A stretch of 62,610 bases of DNA, counting the filler, from Sphacelaria rigidula (Eukaryota), in assembly GCA_964200075.2 (NCBI GenBank). It is 7 parts of 7 records of this genome, joined end to end, with 100 filler letters (N's around TTAATTAATTAA, not from the genome) between each part and the next. Parts side by side here need not be neighbours in the genome. Positions count along the whole stretch, not along the records: positions 1 to 8,860 come from CAXNAA020009916.1; positions 8,961 to 17,820 come from CAXNAA020009917.1; 5 more parts are not named here. One strand, given 5' to 3'. Shown in pieces: positions 1 to 12,333 of this stretch; within the stretch, counting starts at the first letter, position 1, and each line of letters starts with the position of its first letter. Below the pieces are notes generated by a model, which worked only from the letters and a program-made list of their open reading frames with translations, did not search any database and was not told the origin of the DNA. A program made the translations under genes and the position numbers.

Positions 1-1163
1 AGAAAGAGCAACCCTTCCCCTGGCGGCCCACCGTGCCCCTGGATATGTGGGATACAGTACAGTATATTCTCTCATTTTTTTGTACTACTGTACACTGGTT
101 GTTTCGCTTTTATGAAAATCATGCTCATTTTCCCAGGAAAATAAGAAAGGAGCATTTAAGAAAATCATGCTCATGCTCCCAGGAAAATAAGAACCCCAGC
201 CTCAGGCCGATTTTTCAGTTTCTTACTAGCGGGCCGGTACTGTAGTGGGAGAAAAAAAACTGAAAAATACGACAAGAAAACAGAACACGAACAAACGCCC
301 CAGCGTTCGCCGTCAAAAGATGCAAAGTCTACATTGAATAAGGAACGTTTCGACAGACTGTCTCAGAAATCCAATCCTTGGCGGATATTCTATATCAGGT
401 GTTGATGAACACATACATCCGTCCTGTTTCCCGTTTTGGAAGTTGCACTTCGGGGTACCTCAGCCAAGAAACGCATGTTTGCATGTCCGTTTACGATAAC
501 TATTGACTTGGAGGGTTGCACACCATAAATCGCGGACACAACGGTTGTGGCTGTCGGTGGCATGACGCTAGACGTCAGCTCAGTGAGCGCTCTATCAGCC
601 ATGCTCCCGTGTGCTGCAAGTTTTCCAGAATGACAGCACAAGCAGCAGAGTGTGATGCTTGTGTAAGCCGTCGGGCTGTGGTTTCGTGTGTTGTCTGTGC
701 ATCGACGCTAACGCGGAGGAATGACAGCGACATAATACAGCTCCTCATCTTCTGAGCGTACGTGCGGCTCACATGAATTTTCTGCGAGGACTTAATCAAC
801 ACTAGAAGGGTTGAAAACATAAGCGGCACAAGTCAGGGGGGTCATCTCGACCTCTAACAGGAGTACCGTGTAGTACGAGCGTGGAGCAAAAATACGCCTC
901 GTGAGTGTTGCGGCTGGTCAGTTTTTCCTTTTCTTACGCACATATTCACGTCTCCGCAAGAAATGTTGAATGACGACGAATATCATTCATTCTCTTCAGG
1001 CCTACGCCCGTAAAAGCATGGTGTGTGTATCAGCGGACCCCACTGTACCACCCACACGGAAGGAGCGAAGGCGAGGAGGAGCAGGTGTGTGTTCATCTAG
1101 GCAGCCTACAAAGCACGGCTCCCAGTGTAGACAAAAGTATAACCGTGTGTGACTAGATGAACA

Positions 1164-1200
1164 ACGTTGTTGTTGTTGTTGTTGTTGTTGTCGTTGTTGT
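1164..1200. repeat. (GTT)n microsatellite
   Basis: About 12 near-perfect GTT units read directly. Confidence 0.9.
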
Positions 1201-1319
1201 CTTCACATTAAAAACTGTTCCGATATCTGCGCGGTACATTCGTACTGGGCATCTGATGCGGACGCCTTCCGTGGTCGCAGGCTGGTTAATAAAAATAAAA
1301 TAAAGTAAAAGGCGAAGGA

Positions 1320-1392
1320 AGAAATGGTCAATCTCTGCCACATGGCTTCGGCGTATAAGGTCTTGCGCAAAACAACCCTCATACCCAGTCGT
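1320..1392 (-). mobile_element. Fragment of the RTE-like LINE 3' UTR
   Basis: acatggcttcggcgtataaggtcttgcgcaaaac matches 23940-23975 and is the reverse complement of 24395-24440, which lies in the 3' UTR of the long LINE copy. Confidence 0.65.
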
Positions 1393-3002
1393 GGAGAACA
1401 AGTTGGTTGTGGGCAAAGCCTCCGAGTTGATATTTCGGAAAGAACACCCCGGTTTTGGCCGTTGTGTTTCTTGAACGCCCAATGAAAATGGTAAGCGTCT
1501 ATTCTTCGGGTGCCATGGTTGATGTTGCTGGTGGTTAGGTTAGGAGCACGCGCCGAGCGCACGGGGTACACTAGGTCTTTGGATAGTCCGTCCCAGGCAG
1601 GAAAAGGTCGGGAGGACCGTCTAGAAAAGGTACTCAGAAAAAGAAACGCCGGATCCGGTAGACCTCTGGGATTTCCGTCTTACGAGGGTATAGGGTGGAT
1701 TTGAGAAGTTCCGTTTTGCGCATGGACCTTACAAGGCGAGAATAATTTTTCCTCCCGTTTTCCTCGAGGTAGGGGTGCTGCACGTATCCTCAGTTGATGT
1801 GTCTCGAGAATTTCGATTGAAAACGTTGTCTGTGGCGTGCTGTTCCATTTCTGCGGATGTGGCCCGAAGCAGAAACTTCTACAGGCTAAAAACGTGAAGG
1901 CATACCTCTTCTGGTTCAAAGCCCCAACAATTTGTCCGCACTTGCATGCATGCTACCCTCCCCGTCCCAACCTACCTTGTGATGTTGCAAGGGCCTGTTG
2001 CGCTCACGCTACGCCGTGGTCCAGAACACCATGTGGATTTTCATTCTGTAGAGACCATGTTCTCTTCATCACGAAGGTTTTAAGCTTTTGCGAGATTTCA
2101 TCAATGAGGAAAATGAAACGATTCTTTTGAAGCCGTGAAACGTCTTCAATTCGGGCAATCCGAACTCGTTAGATGGTACACCCGTACTGAGGAGTACCGT
2201 CCTCTTCGTGCCGCACGTATCTACTGTACACGGCAGTGAGGTTTAAATTCTCTGGAGTGCCGTACTGTTCCATTCCGCGTTGTGCTCTACTGTCCTATTG
2301 CACTGCCGTGTTACGACATGACACACGGGAAGAAATAACATAGTCGAGCGTTGTCATATATAGTATATTAATCGCCCCCTCCCTTCCGAAACGTTCGTAA
2401 CCCACGAAAACCGAGAGTCAGCGGGGAGCTCCCGAGAAGGCCGGTGGGCAAGCAAAAGGAGACAAACGTTTCACGACGGATACGGCTCTACGCTGCTCAT
2501 GGCACCAAATATATAACAGGCGACGGAATGCTCCGGAGGATACCACTATATTTTACTCCAGCGGCGGCAGGTGTCACACCTGAAACTCATGCCTCCTACA
2601 CCAGAGTTTGTCCTTACTGTGCAGAAGAGACTAAATACCGAAGTTGAAGCGGACCGATCGGAAAGATCGGGGAAGGCGCAGGCATAGCTACGGGACGAGA
2701 GAGATCAGGAGAGAGCTCGAATCAAGATCAACGGTCGCGAGCATCGGCAGAGTGAGCGCTAGAGTGAAACCCATGAGCGAGCTTGGCGTCGCTCAAATGG
2801 ACGGGCGGGGGCAATTGACGAGGTACTAAACTGCGACTCGCATACAACGGGAGGGAAGAAACATACACACATAACACATGAGACGTAACAGAGAGAGAGC
2901 AGAGAAGGACCCTACGGAATGATGGAGCTCAGGGACACACACCACGGAGCGTGGCAAGATCATCGACCAAGGACGGAATCAATAACAGATAGGGAAATAC
3001 AG

Positions 3003-3072
3003 GAGGCGTACTAATTTGTTGCTTGCCTTGGTCATTTGACAATTGACCACGCATCCCTTTCGAGACGGAGCA
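3003..3072. repeat. Dispersed ~70-bp repeat (GGCGTACTCATTTGTTGCTTGCCTTAGTCATTTGACCATTGACCACGCATCCCTTTCGAGACGGAGCA family)
   Basis: Near-identical copies at 19387-19462 and 44796-44867, a diverged copy at 53754-53800, and related variants at 12940-13000 (inverted), 46230-46440 and 62440-62505. Confidence 0.8.
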
Positions 3073-5235
3073 ATACAGGACTTCATCAGTTTCCATGTTG
3101 ACCCAGCTTGCCCAACCCATCCCCAGTCGAGTACAGAGCGGGCCAACTCTCTCGGCCATGTCCATCTTAGATTATTCACCAGCTGTTGCTGTTGTTGAGT
3201 TTGCACGTGCGAGTTTCGCTTCGCAGATATCGAGAGAATCACAGGTGCCGAGCGACCGGTACTTGTTCCTCGCCGCATTCAGGTGCTTTTCGAGTGTCGG
3301 GCACAGCTTGGGGGAAACGCAGACAATTTCAGGTAGTCGTTCCTGCTGCGCCTCAAGTGATGATCGCGCTTTTCTCTTCCTCGGCCAATCAGATTACCAC
3401 ATATGCGACACTTCACATTTCTACCGGGCTGCACCTTACCATGTCCCAAACGTGCTGAGGTACAGCTGAACACGGCCGTTTCCTGTTCGTTTTCAAGGTT
3501 GTCGATGTCGCCATGTGTTAGCTGCTAGACTATTCCATCGTGCAACATGACGGTGATTATGGTGGTGGTTTTCCAAAAGATAGTTGCCTCATGGGGGGTA
3601 AGTCGGGGAAAACTCCCTCCGATGAGGATCGTGATCTACAATACCCTTTCTAGCGTTCAATGTTCATACTCACGGTGCTCCGCTGCGCCCTTGAGTGCGT
3701 CGCTCGGCGGTGTGACGGTGCTGTGGCCCTTGGTGCATTGCCGGAAAAGTGTGGTGTTCTAGTCGAAGAATGTCAAACGCTATCCGCGGTATTGAACGTA
3801 TGGTGTGTATATCTTCATGTGAATCTTCTGCTTACAGGCCGCACCGTCGAAATGAAATGCTTCCTGCGCGAGAGCTGGGAACCCTAAACACGCCTGCATG
3901 TTGTGCCATCGAATTTGTGGCGCATGAACAACGATGCGGATCACATCAGTAATATTAATATATCGCTTGCTTCCCGACAAGTGTGCGCTCGAGATTCGGC
4001 ATTTCAAGACGTTGACACTTCTTTCGAAGAAGGAACGTGTCATGAAAGCACACGAGTTTTCACCTCGAGGGCGGGGTTTGTAGCAGACAGGACGTTTCTT
4101 GGTGCCTGATGCAACAAGGAGACATTGCCCATCAACCTACTGTGCATCCACCTACAAACATTATTCACGTGCAGCCGAGGCCACCCCATTCGTACTGACG
4201 ATGCCCTCGTCGCGTACGCCCATCGCTTCAACATACAAGTGAAAGAAGCACCGATGTGCCACTTGTGACCTACTCTTTCGTCTGTAGACACTACTGAAAC
4301 AAACGTATGCTGCATCATGTACTGTGTAGCACCACGAGATGTTGTCAACTACAGTGGTACGGTTTTCGCAACATGGCTCTTGCGCTCATGTGTGACAACG
4401 AGGGTGGAGTGTAGTGTACTAGAGTACACTGTAGATAAGCATATCATTTGTCCTGCGACTCTGTGCTGTGCCCTTCATACGAGTAGTACCATTGCCACCC
4501 TGACATCCGATCGCGAGGTCTCTCATGTCTACGTCCGCTCTCGCGGCGGATTCGAGACTACACTGTTGTACCCTCACCTCAGCATAAATCTCTGTATGAG
4601 AGTAACGCAACCATAGGACCACACAGGAGAATCACGGGCACAACGCTCGTCCATGGGGATAGACTTTTGTAGTGAAATTGAAAATTAAATTAGGCCCTTC
4701 GGGAAGGAGCCGGCGGAATCTAGCGCCAATGAAATGCGACCTTTCATGAACGAACACTCGAACCGGGACAGAGAGAGTAGAAGCAGCCGAGAAACGAAGC
4801 CGCAAGCAGAAGAGCAGACGGCGTATGGTACATTGCCGCCCCAGGCGGTTATTGCGGTGATTGTGTATCGGTATATCCCCATCTTAGTATGGCCTGTTGC
4901 GTCTTTCCGTGCCCGCGAGCCCCGGCGCCGATGCCAGCAGCAGCGGCCGCCATGCTGCCGGGTGCAATCAGTACCCTGGCAATGCAGAGTATATCCGCAC
5001 TGTGCTGCCGGTGCTCCTTCCATCGGAGCACGGGATGTGGCCCAGCCCGTCAAGCGATGATGTATACCAGCGCTGGTTGTGTGCCCTCACCAACCCATGT
5101 TTGGTATCGCGCAAATGATTGGTCTGGGCAGCGTCTTGTTCGTTTTACGGAAGGCGAAACCGTCAGCACACAATGAAGTTTTCAACAATCAGTGCGTACA
5201 CAGCACTGCGTCCCGACTGATGCTATTTTCTACAG

Positions 5236-5346
5236 AGACGAACACAACAGTACAGCAGCTTGGGCAATGCCAGGGGAGACCAAACCGCCTTCGCAAGGTC
5301 CAAACACACCACAGAACAGTGATAGCTACAGCGCATGGGGGAGAAG
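5236..5346 (+). CDS. Possible isolated internal exon, unknown gene
   Basis: ttttctacag acceptor and AG|gtaagt donor, 111 bp (multiple of 3), open in two frames. No recognisable homology. Confidence 0.25.
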
Positions 5347-7821
5347 GTAAGTGTGGTTGTGCTGCAGTACAGTGAAAGAGTAGCTCTTCGCCTGTTTAAA
5401 CGGGTCCTCAATTTTCGCCGGGTGCCCATCTTGAACGCTGGACCATGATCACTCTTCGCGCAAATAGTTCAACCCTTTTGGTTTTGGCATATTGGCAATT
5501 GAAAAGTATGGATTTCGAAGTGCTGTTTTTTTAATGACGTATGGTTGAGTATTTATAGCTTCACGCAAAAGTATTAGCGCGAGGCGTGTTTCAAACCCGT
5601 ATAAGAATGTGCCTCAGTGCCGCACGGGGCGCAGTATATAGAAAATAGACCGGTAGTGCCGATTTTTGTTTGTATACACTTCAGGGACGCAAGAAGTACT
5701 GATTTTGGCTGTGTGCATAAACTTGATCCAACTTGACCCGCTGCGTCCCTCACTGGACAAAACTAATCTAACCGCACTGGGGTGACCTATTGGGTGCGCG
5801 CATGACGTATGCTGGCGGGTTCTTCTGTGGTTTTCCGCGGTGAAAATGGTTGCAATCGGCCTTTTTTGTTTCCATTTTTTTTCTCTGCGTTAAGCTATGA
5901 CGCCCATGACGCCAGTTTGATGTGCTGCGCTGAACTAGAACCCGAAGATACATCATATTTCTACGGATGTCGCATTATTTGAGGTGGCTGTACGCCTGAT
6001 GCGACATCTACTACTTGGGTTGGACTATGTTCGCTGTCTCAGTGCACAGTCGAGAGTGCATCGTGAGTTCTGAGCGGAGCAAGGTGAAATGGATTAAGAC
6101 CGTTGTGTTGTACAATGGGCGTAGCTACTTTGCTTGTTCGAGAAAGCATCCATTCCCCCTTTGTGCGCTGTGGTATGTGGCCCACAGTCAGACTTCTTCA
6201 GTGTCGTCGCTACAAATATTTGTTGAGTGAAAAGTCGGATTATCGTGGTTACATGCACCATCGGTTCTGCGGACTCCACCAGGCCCCCATGCGGTGGAAG
6301 CTGTTGAACAACGTGACACTATAATGATAATGCCAGTGAAATGTAGATACCTCGACTGCTGGGCGAACTGGGCAAACGGGTGCTTAACCCAAGCTAGACT
6401 TTCTCGCGATCGCTGGGTGCTATACTCCCTTTCTTCTCAAGTACTCCCCTGGATATTGTGAAAAGCGTCAGCATTTGGCCGTGTGACCGCAAGCGGCGTT
6501 GAGGTTGCAGGTTTGAGAAGCAGTTCAGATTGATCAACTGATCTTGCTCAGCAGGGGGTGTTATGCCCCGTCATACGTCCGATGAGTTGGAGCGGCACTG
6601 CGGCGAATAGAGAAACTCTCTGTTGAACTTCACAAAAACAACATGCAGATGGACCTGAAATTTATATCAATTCCATGAACTTACCTCTGCTGCTGCACAT
6701 CACCATCTTGTGCTGTGTTCGAGGAGGACGCAGCCGGCTCCGGGCGCACAGGTTGACCCTTCCGTTCAATGAACCCGTTGCATTGAATTAAAATATGTCA
6801 ATTATTAGCCATTTTCTGCGTCACGAAGGGCAAAAAAACTCAACAATTAAATACTGTACTGTAGTACAGTACCCCAAAGCTGGTATTTGGTGCCGAACAT
6901 ATGGAGGCACGTCTTTCGCTATACAAACGCTTGAGCAACAACCCATACCTTGAACGAAAGCCCTGGTTGTGGGAAATAGGTGCAATGCATCTATGGCTGT
7001 CCGCCGTGACAAGCGTGGGCGTGAATATTTGAAATTTCTCTGAAGATGGGGCGAATGCTATGCGAAGTTCACCGTTAATGAACAGAGGGTCCTTGGAAAC
7101 GGGGTTTGACTTTCGAAGGGTCGAACCAATGAATGATTCGTCTGGAAATTAACTGATTTTAGTGTGTCAGTGTGGTTGATTCGTATCGCACGAATTAATC
7201 CTTGGACTTTATTTTGAGCGTTGCACCCAAGCCACGCGCACCCTAGGCACGTGGATTGGCCCAAAAATTGTCTGGAATTTTTTTTACCGGCAGTCAACTT
7301 TTCCCTCTCTTTCCAGCAATCAGACCTTGAAATTCGTGTTTTTTGGTGATTCAAACTGGCGATGATTCGTCCGAACCTTCGAACTTTCAAATGGGGCAGA
7401 AGCCACCTTCCGAAAATTCACATTTCTCCGGAAAATATTTGCACAAGCATCCAACTGGGGATTTTATTTGTCCCGTAAGACTTCCCCTAGCTCGCCTAAT
7501 CACGAATAATTATTGTTGCTCCGGTGTCTAAAACCGTATGTATGTGTTTCCTTTCGTACATTCGGAACGGCTCTCACTAGCTCATGGAGGCCGTTTTCCA
7601 TCGGTTTCCCTCATCTTTGAAAAACATGACGCCGGATTTTGCTTCGAGCCCTAGAAAAAATCGCTAAGGGCGAGGAGTTTCCCCCCTACGATATTTCCCA
7701 CCTAACGGAGTATCTTCGAAATGGGGGTGACCACAATAAAAATGAGGTTTAAGTGGCATGACTGAAATCCAGATTGTGTGCGCAACAGTTATGCCCAAGG
7801 CAAGCATCATCGCGAAGAAAG

Positions 7822-8215
7822 AATCTGCAGCAGGTAAGCAGGCGTGGCTAGGTGGACCGAATGAATGTAGTATACACGAGTGTCGAAGACGTCATCATCA
7901 GAGTAGCAACGGCGGAGGGGAAGCTCCTCGCCCGTGTCCTTTGTGTGTCTTCGTTCAGCGATTCCCAATCGCTGGAGAGATTGACATCATGTCACCAGGA
8001 GGTACCCAAATTGCCATGTGTCAGAGGGTTATTGCTGCGCAGCCCCCCCAAAGATCATCGGGATGCCGAGGGTTGTCGTGTCTTCTTGTCTGTGACGCTG
8101 ACCAGTGCAAAAATCGAATCCTCTCCGCTTCTCTTTTGGACAGGACGCGCACCTTCTGTGTGCTGCAGAACACGTCGTGGAAAGGAAGGGTAATGTTGCT
8201 GTCACCGGTACCATT
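7822..8215 (+). repeat. Inverted, diverged partial copy of the unclassified repeat at 16370-17390 / 43745-44695
   Basis: gggaagctcctcgcccgtgtcctttgtgtgtc is the reverse complement of gacacgcaaaaggacacgggcgaggagcttcc at 17252-17283. Both translate as KLLARVLCV(S/A)S. Confidence 0.75.
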
Positions 8216-8219
8216 CCCT

Positions 8220-8243
8220 CACACACACACACACACACACACA
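8220..8243. repeat. (CA)n microsatellite
   Basis: Direct read. Confidence 0.9.
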
Positions 8244-8860
8244 TGTAAGCAAGGACGGTTGCGGCAACAAGATCAAATCGCAGCTTGGGGAGCGTTATTG
8301 TTATCGTTTATTTTACTCCACCTCTGCACCTGTGTGTGCACAACAAGGACGAGAGCCTGCCACACCCCAGTTGGGGGAATGTAAGTGAGAGATCAAACAC
8401 CACCGGTGGAAACCTTCTTGGCATGCGGAAAGAAAAAAGACACCTCTGGCGGTGACCTAACTGTTGCTGGCGTGACCCATATGGGGGCTACCATCCTGTT
8501 ATCTGAGCTTTTCTGATGCGCAACCGGTCGGGTGCTCAGCAGGCTGTGTATACGATAGACGGGGAGGGTGTTTGATTCCACGAAAACAGACACACATTTG
8601 TGTGTCAGATGGCCCAGCACATTCACTCGCGGTGCGCTTATTTTTGGGTAAAAACGGTGCCAAGCGGTCCTAAGGAGTCTGTCTTCGCCCGCTTCTTACG
8701 GAAACAAAAATATCCTGTCCAACTGCCTTTTTGGTCCTTCTCGTCGTGTTACGCCCTGAAAGAGGACTAGGCGGATGTTGACACCTTGGGTTGTCTTGCT
8801 ATAAACAACAAATTGTGAGAATTGAGGTTTAACTTCGAGATGAGGCTCAAGCCTAAAACA

Positions 8861-8960
8861 NNNNNNNNNNNNNNNNNNNNNNNNNNNNNNNNNNNNNNNN
8901 NNNNTTAATTAATTAANNNNNNNNNNNNNNNNNNNNNNNNNNNNNNNNNNNNNNNNNNNN
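8861..8960. other. Artificial 100-bp contig spacer (N44-TTAATTAATTAA-N44)
   Basis: N runs flank TTAATTAATTAA, which gives stops in all six frames. Identical spacers at 17821-17920, 26780-26879, 35738-35837, 44696-44795 and 53654-53753. Confidence 0.98.
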
Positions 8961-9079
8961 CCCACATATACCGAAAGGTGTAAACTGGCGCCCAGAATAA
9001 ATGGGACGACAACACACACACACACACACAAAATTATTCACGTACGCGGGACGCATATTATTTTGTGCCATTCCACGTA

Positions 9080-9375
9080 CAACAATGTTATCGTGAGATT
9101 GAGAGTAGAGGATACGATCGAGAGTGAAAATGGGGCAATTAGTAGCTGGATCGTTTCAGTTCCGAAATGCCCCTCCACGAGGCCCCATAGGCTTTCTGTA
9201 GTAGCTTGTCACTGAGGCCCTTGATCTCCCCGAGTAGGATATCGACGTGTAGCGGTAAGCACACGCTAGTGATGGAGGCAAAGAAAAGCACAGACGGAAT
9301 AAAAAATGGACAAGTTAAAGCGAATGAGCAACTCTCAATCAGCGCTCCACTGTCAATCTCATGAACACGTTGTTG
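9080..9375. mobile_element. MITE (~296 bp) with ~30-bp terminal inverted repeats; second copy at 56494-56795
   Basis: Left end caacaatgttatcgtgagattgagagtagag and right end ctccactgtcaatctcatgaacacgttgttg are inverted copies. The interior aligns by eye with the reverse complement of 56500-56790. TA at the left flank suggests Tc1/mariner. Confidence 0.8.
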
Positions 9376-9607
9376 TGTGTGGGGTGCGCGTGCCTGGGGC
9401 GCAAAGCTGAAAACACAGCTTCTCGTACCGTACAAATCAATCATACAAGGAGCAAGCATTTTCAGACGAATCACTATCGTCCACCGACTCCTCAATGCTG
9501 TACTACCCTGTCCACCTGCGCATCGAGCCCTGTCTGTACTGCTGTGTTGTGTTGTAGAGATCGTATGGGGTCAATGAACACATGACACATGTTTCCAGAT
9601 GACTCAC

Positions 9608-9706
9608 CAGGTGCGTAGGGTTGGCAACAAATGCCTCGCAGGAGGACAGAGTAGCAGCCAACACACCGGCCTGCAGTAAAATTGAGCGTGATGAGGTGGA
9701 CAACAT
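9608..9706 (-). CDS. First exon of an unknown plastid-targeted protein (partial; no further exon identified on this contig)
   Basis: MLSTSSRSILLQAGVLAATLSSCEA|FVANPTHL is a signal peptide plus a heterokont ASAFAP-type cleavage site, followed by a perfect phase-0 donor CTG|gtgagt. Confidence 0.65.
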
Positions 9707-10475
9707 ATGTTCTTATAGCTTTCTCCCTCCCTTCTTAGAGACGTATATCTATCCTGGCGATGTGTAGGTCGATTTGTGATCGTATCTTGCGCCAGGCAAA
9801 CATACGCACCTCACACATGACCAGCGGTCAGATCCACGATCAGTTGGTGTGTGCGGTATATATCATCCCCTGTGATGTTTGTTCCGGCCTCAAAAGTGTC
9901 CTTCTAGCAGACGGCGACACCACTCCGCTTTTAACCATAAAGAAATCAAACAATATTTTTTACGCGATATCTTCATGAAGCATCTCTCTTGGGGAAAAGG
10001 TTGGGGTGCTCTCATTTCCATTAACACCTATTACCCAGGTGATCACGATTTTTGGTCGTTTTTCTTCGATCATCCTTTGTCCCGAGCACGCGTTCTTCTT
10101 TATGACCAGGGGTGTTATATAGCGTCGAATCATTTGCAGCCAGTGAACCTCATGCAATACTTTGAAACTGGCTACTATGGATCGGGACAGACACCGTTTG
10201 TTTAAATCGAGTTTTGATAAGCCCATAGATAGAAGCCGGTGAAGCTGAGAAGGAGGAGTGTGCTCAAGGTGATAAGGACCGCGGGTACGAGAAGTACAGA
10301 TGTGTTCTTTACCATCCCACCCCACAACCAGCGTAGCGGGAGATCTGGCTGATCATCTAATACTTTTTGGGGTGTCACGTCCTCTCTCCTCTATCTATTA
10401 GGTAGCACTGCCCTATGAAAAAATAAGTATTGACGTTATAGTCAGCATCCGTCTGGAGCGCAGGTGTACAAGGTC

Positions 10476-12333
10476 ATGCACGATAGAAGGAAGGATGCTA
10501 CCGCTCCTTCGACCCGTGGAGGATCTGCTAAGGTGGGTATGCTGGCCGTGACAAGGAAAGAGCCACGCGGCCGAAAGCGTAATTGTAATGCTATGGAATC
10601 TTCCCCTGGAACCTACCGTTCAACGTCGACAATCGGTGCATGTACTGCTGCCGATATCGGGCGGAATACCCTGAATCGCCCAGACGTGCTAAAGCGCGTG
10701 ATACCCTTTGCCATCGATCAGGGCTACCTGTTCGTGGCCGGGGTATCCAAGCACTGGAAAACGGCGTGGGGCGACGTGCTACCGAAGAAGACCCACATGG
10801 ACGTGGCGGTGCAGTCAGTATCGCGTCTAGAGTGGTCAAGGAAAAGCGGGTGTCGCTGGGATCAGAGCACATTTATGCGAGTGGCGGCGGCAGGAAGTTT
10901 GAGCGCGGTGCGCTATGCTCGGGAAAATGGTTGCCCTTGGGACAAGCGCACGTGTGCTGAGGCTGCCGCGGGGGGGTATCTAGTCGTTCTGAAATGGTGC
11001 AGGGCTTTTGATTGTCCATGGGACCAAAGAATTTGCATGCTTGCTGCTGAAGGAGGTCACCTGGAGATGCTACAATGGTCCAGACGTACGGGCTGCATGT
11101 GGGACGCGCTTACGTGCTCGGCAGCCGCTGCAGGGGGTCATCTAGAGGTGTTACAGTGGTGTAGGGAAAATCGATGCCCCTGGGACGCACGCACGTGCCA
11201 TAATGCTGCAAGAAAAGGGCATTTAAGGGTGCTTGAGTGGTGCAGAACTCACCGTTGCCCTTGGGACAAGGATACGTGCGCTGCAGCTGCTGGAGGGGGG
11301 CATCTGGAGCTGCTTAAATGGTGCAGGGCAAATGGTTGCCCATGGGACAACGAGACGTGTGCTGCAGCAGCTAGGGGGGGGCACCGAGCTATTCTTCAAT
11401 GGTGCAGAGCAAACGACTGCCCCTGGGATGGCGAGACGTGTTCGGCGGCCGCTGAAGAGGGCAATCTGGAGATGGTGCAATGGTGCTTTTCTAACGGCTG
11501 CCGTTGGGATTTTCAGACGTGTGCTAAGGCTGCCGGAGGGGGTCACATGGAGGTGTTAGAGTGGTGTAAGTCCAACGGCTGCCCATTCGCGGAAAAATCT
11601 TGCTTGGAGGCGGCTGCTGAAGGGGGGCATGTGGAGATACTGAGGTGGTGCAGGTCGATCGGATCTCTCTGTCCTCGGCAAGCCGCTGTAAACGCTGCAA
11701 GGGGCGGCCACCTGGAGGCGCTCCAGTGGTGCAGGGATCACGGCGCCCCCTTTGACGAGAAAACTTGTTCTGCTGCTGCCGCGGGGGGACATCTGGATGT
11801 ACTAAAGTGGTGCAAATCTATCCGCTGTCGTTGGGATAAGCAGACGTGTGCGGCGGCTGCTGCTGGAGGACATCTGAAAGTGCTTCAGTGGTGCAGGGAA
11901 AATGGCTGTACCTGGGATCAGGAAACCTGGGCAGGTGAGTTGAACGCCAAAACCCAATCGCCCATGACGGCGGTCAAGAGTACCAGTCGGAAATACATAT
12001 CTTCAGACGCAAAATTTGTACCAGGGATCGAATCCCCTGCCGTGTCACACTTGTACTTTTCAGAAAGAATGCCTGAGCTCGAACCACGCCCCAAGCCTCC
12101 CATACACCTGTCCAGTTACGACCTACGACCCGTACTACCCTTGGTTCTACCAACCCAAACTAACCGAGCTCTGCATTCTACACCCGTGCCAAGATAGCGT
12201 TGACGCACGTAAAACTATCCCGATCATGCTCGTTTTCCGTCGCCAACTTGAACATTATCCAGGGGCCATGAGAGGGGGGCATACCGAGGTAGCGGATTGG
12301 TGTAGATCCAAAGGCTGCCCTACACATCGGTGA
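10476..12333 (+). CDS. F-box-like plus ankyrin-like (27-aa GCPWD) repeat protein; exons ~10476-11934 and 12263-12333
   Basis: About 14 tandem units of GCPWDxxTCAAAAxGGHLEVLQWCRxN, preceded by an F-box-like segment (PDVLKRVIPF...LFVAGVSKHWKTAW). The donor G|gtgagt at 11935 and acceptor ccag| at 12262 are phase-compatible and restore one more repeat (GAMRGGHTEVADWCRSKGCP). The start codon is uncertain (cag acceptor at 10463), and a further donor is possible at 12330. Confidence 0.9.

Noticed and set aside
3058-3095. Minus-strand CTGATGA...GAAA as a hammerhead ribozyme
   Set aside because: Stem II does not pair, and CTGATGA is absent from the other copies of this repeat.
8905-8916. Regularly spaced TTAATTAATTAA motif as a biological repeat
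   Set aside because: It is embedded in N padding; this is an assembly linker with six-frame stops.
8985-9010. TGGCGCCCAG as an LTR primer-binding site
   Set aside because: It is at a contig edge with no visible LTR or downstream gag/pol, and it is followed directly by (CA)n.
459-9608. Linking the plastid exon at 9706-9608 to minus-strand exon-like stretches near 6685-6760 and 459-612
   Set aside because: It crosses the 8861-8960 spacer. The 6.7-kb stretch has a good donor but no convincing acceptor, and neither stretch has recognisable homology.
11935-12197. C-terminal 87 codons of the 577-aa ORF as protein
   Set aside because: The repeat pattern stops at a perfect gtgagt donor and resumes at 12263, so this is intron read-through.
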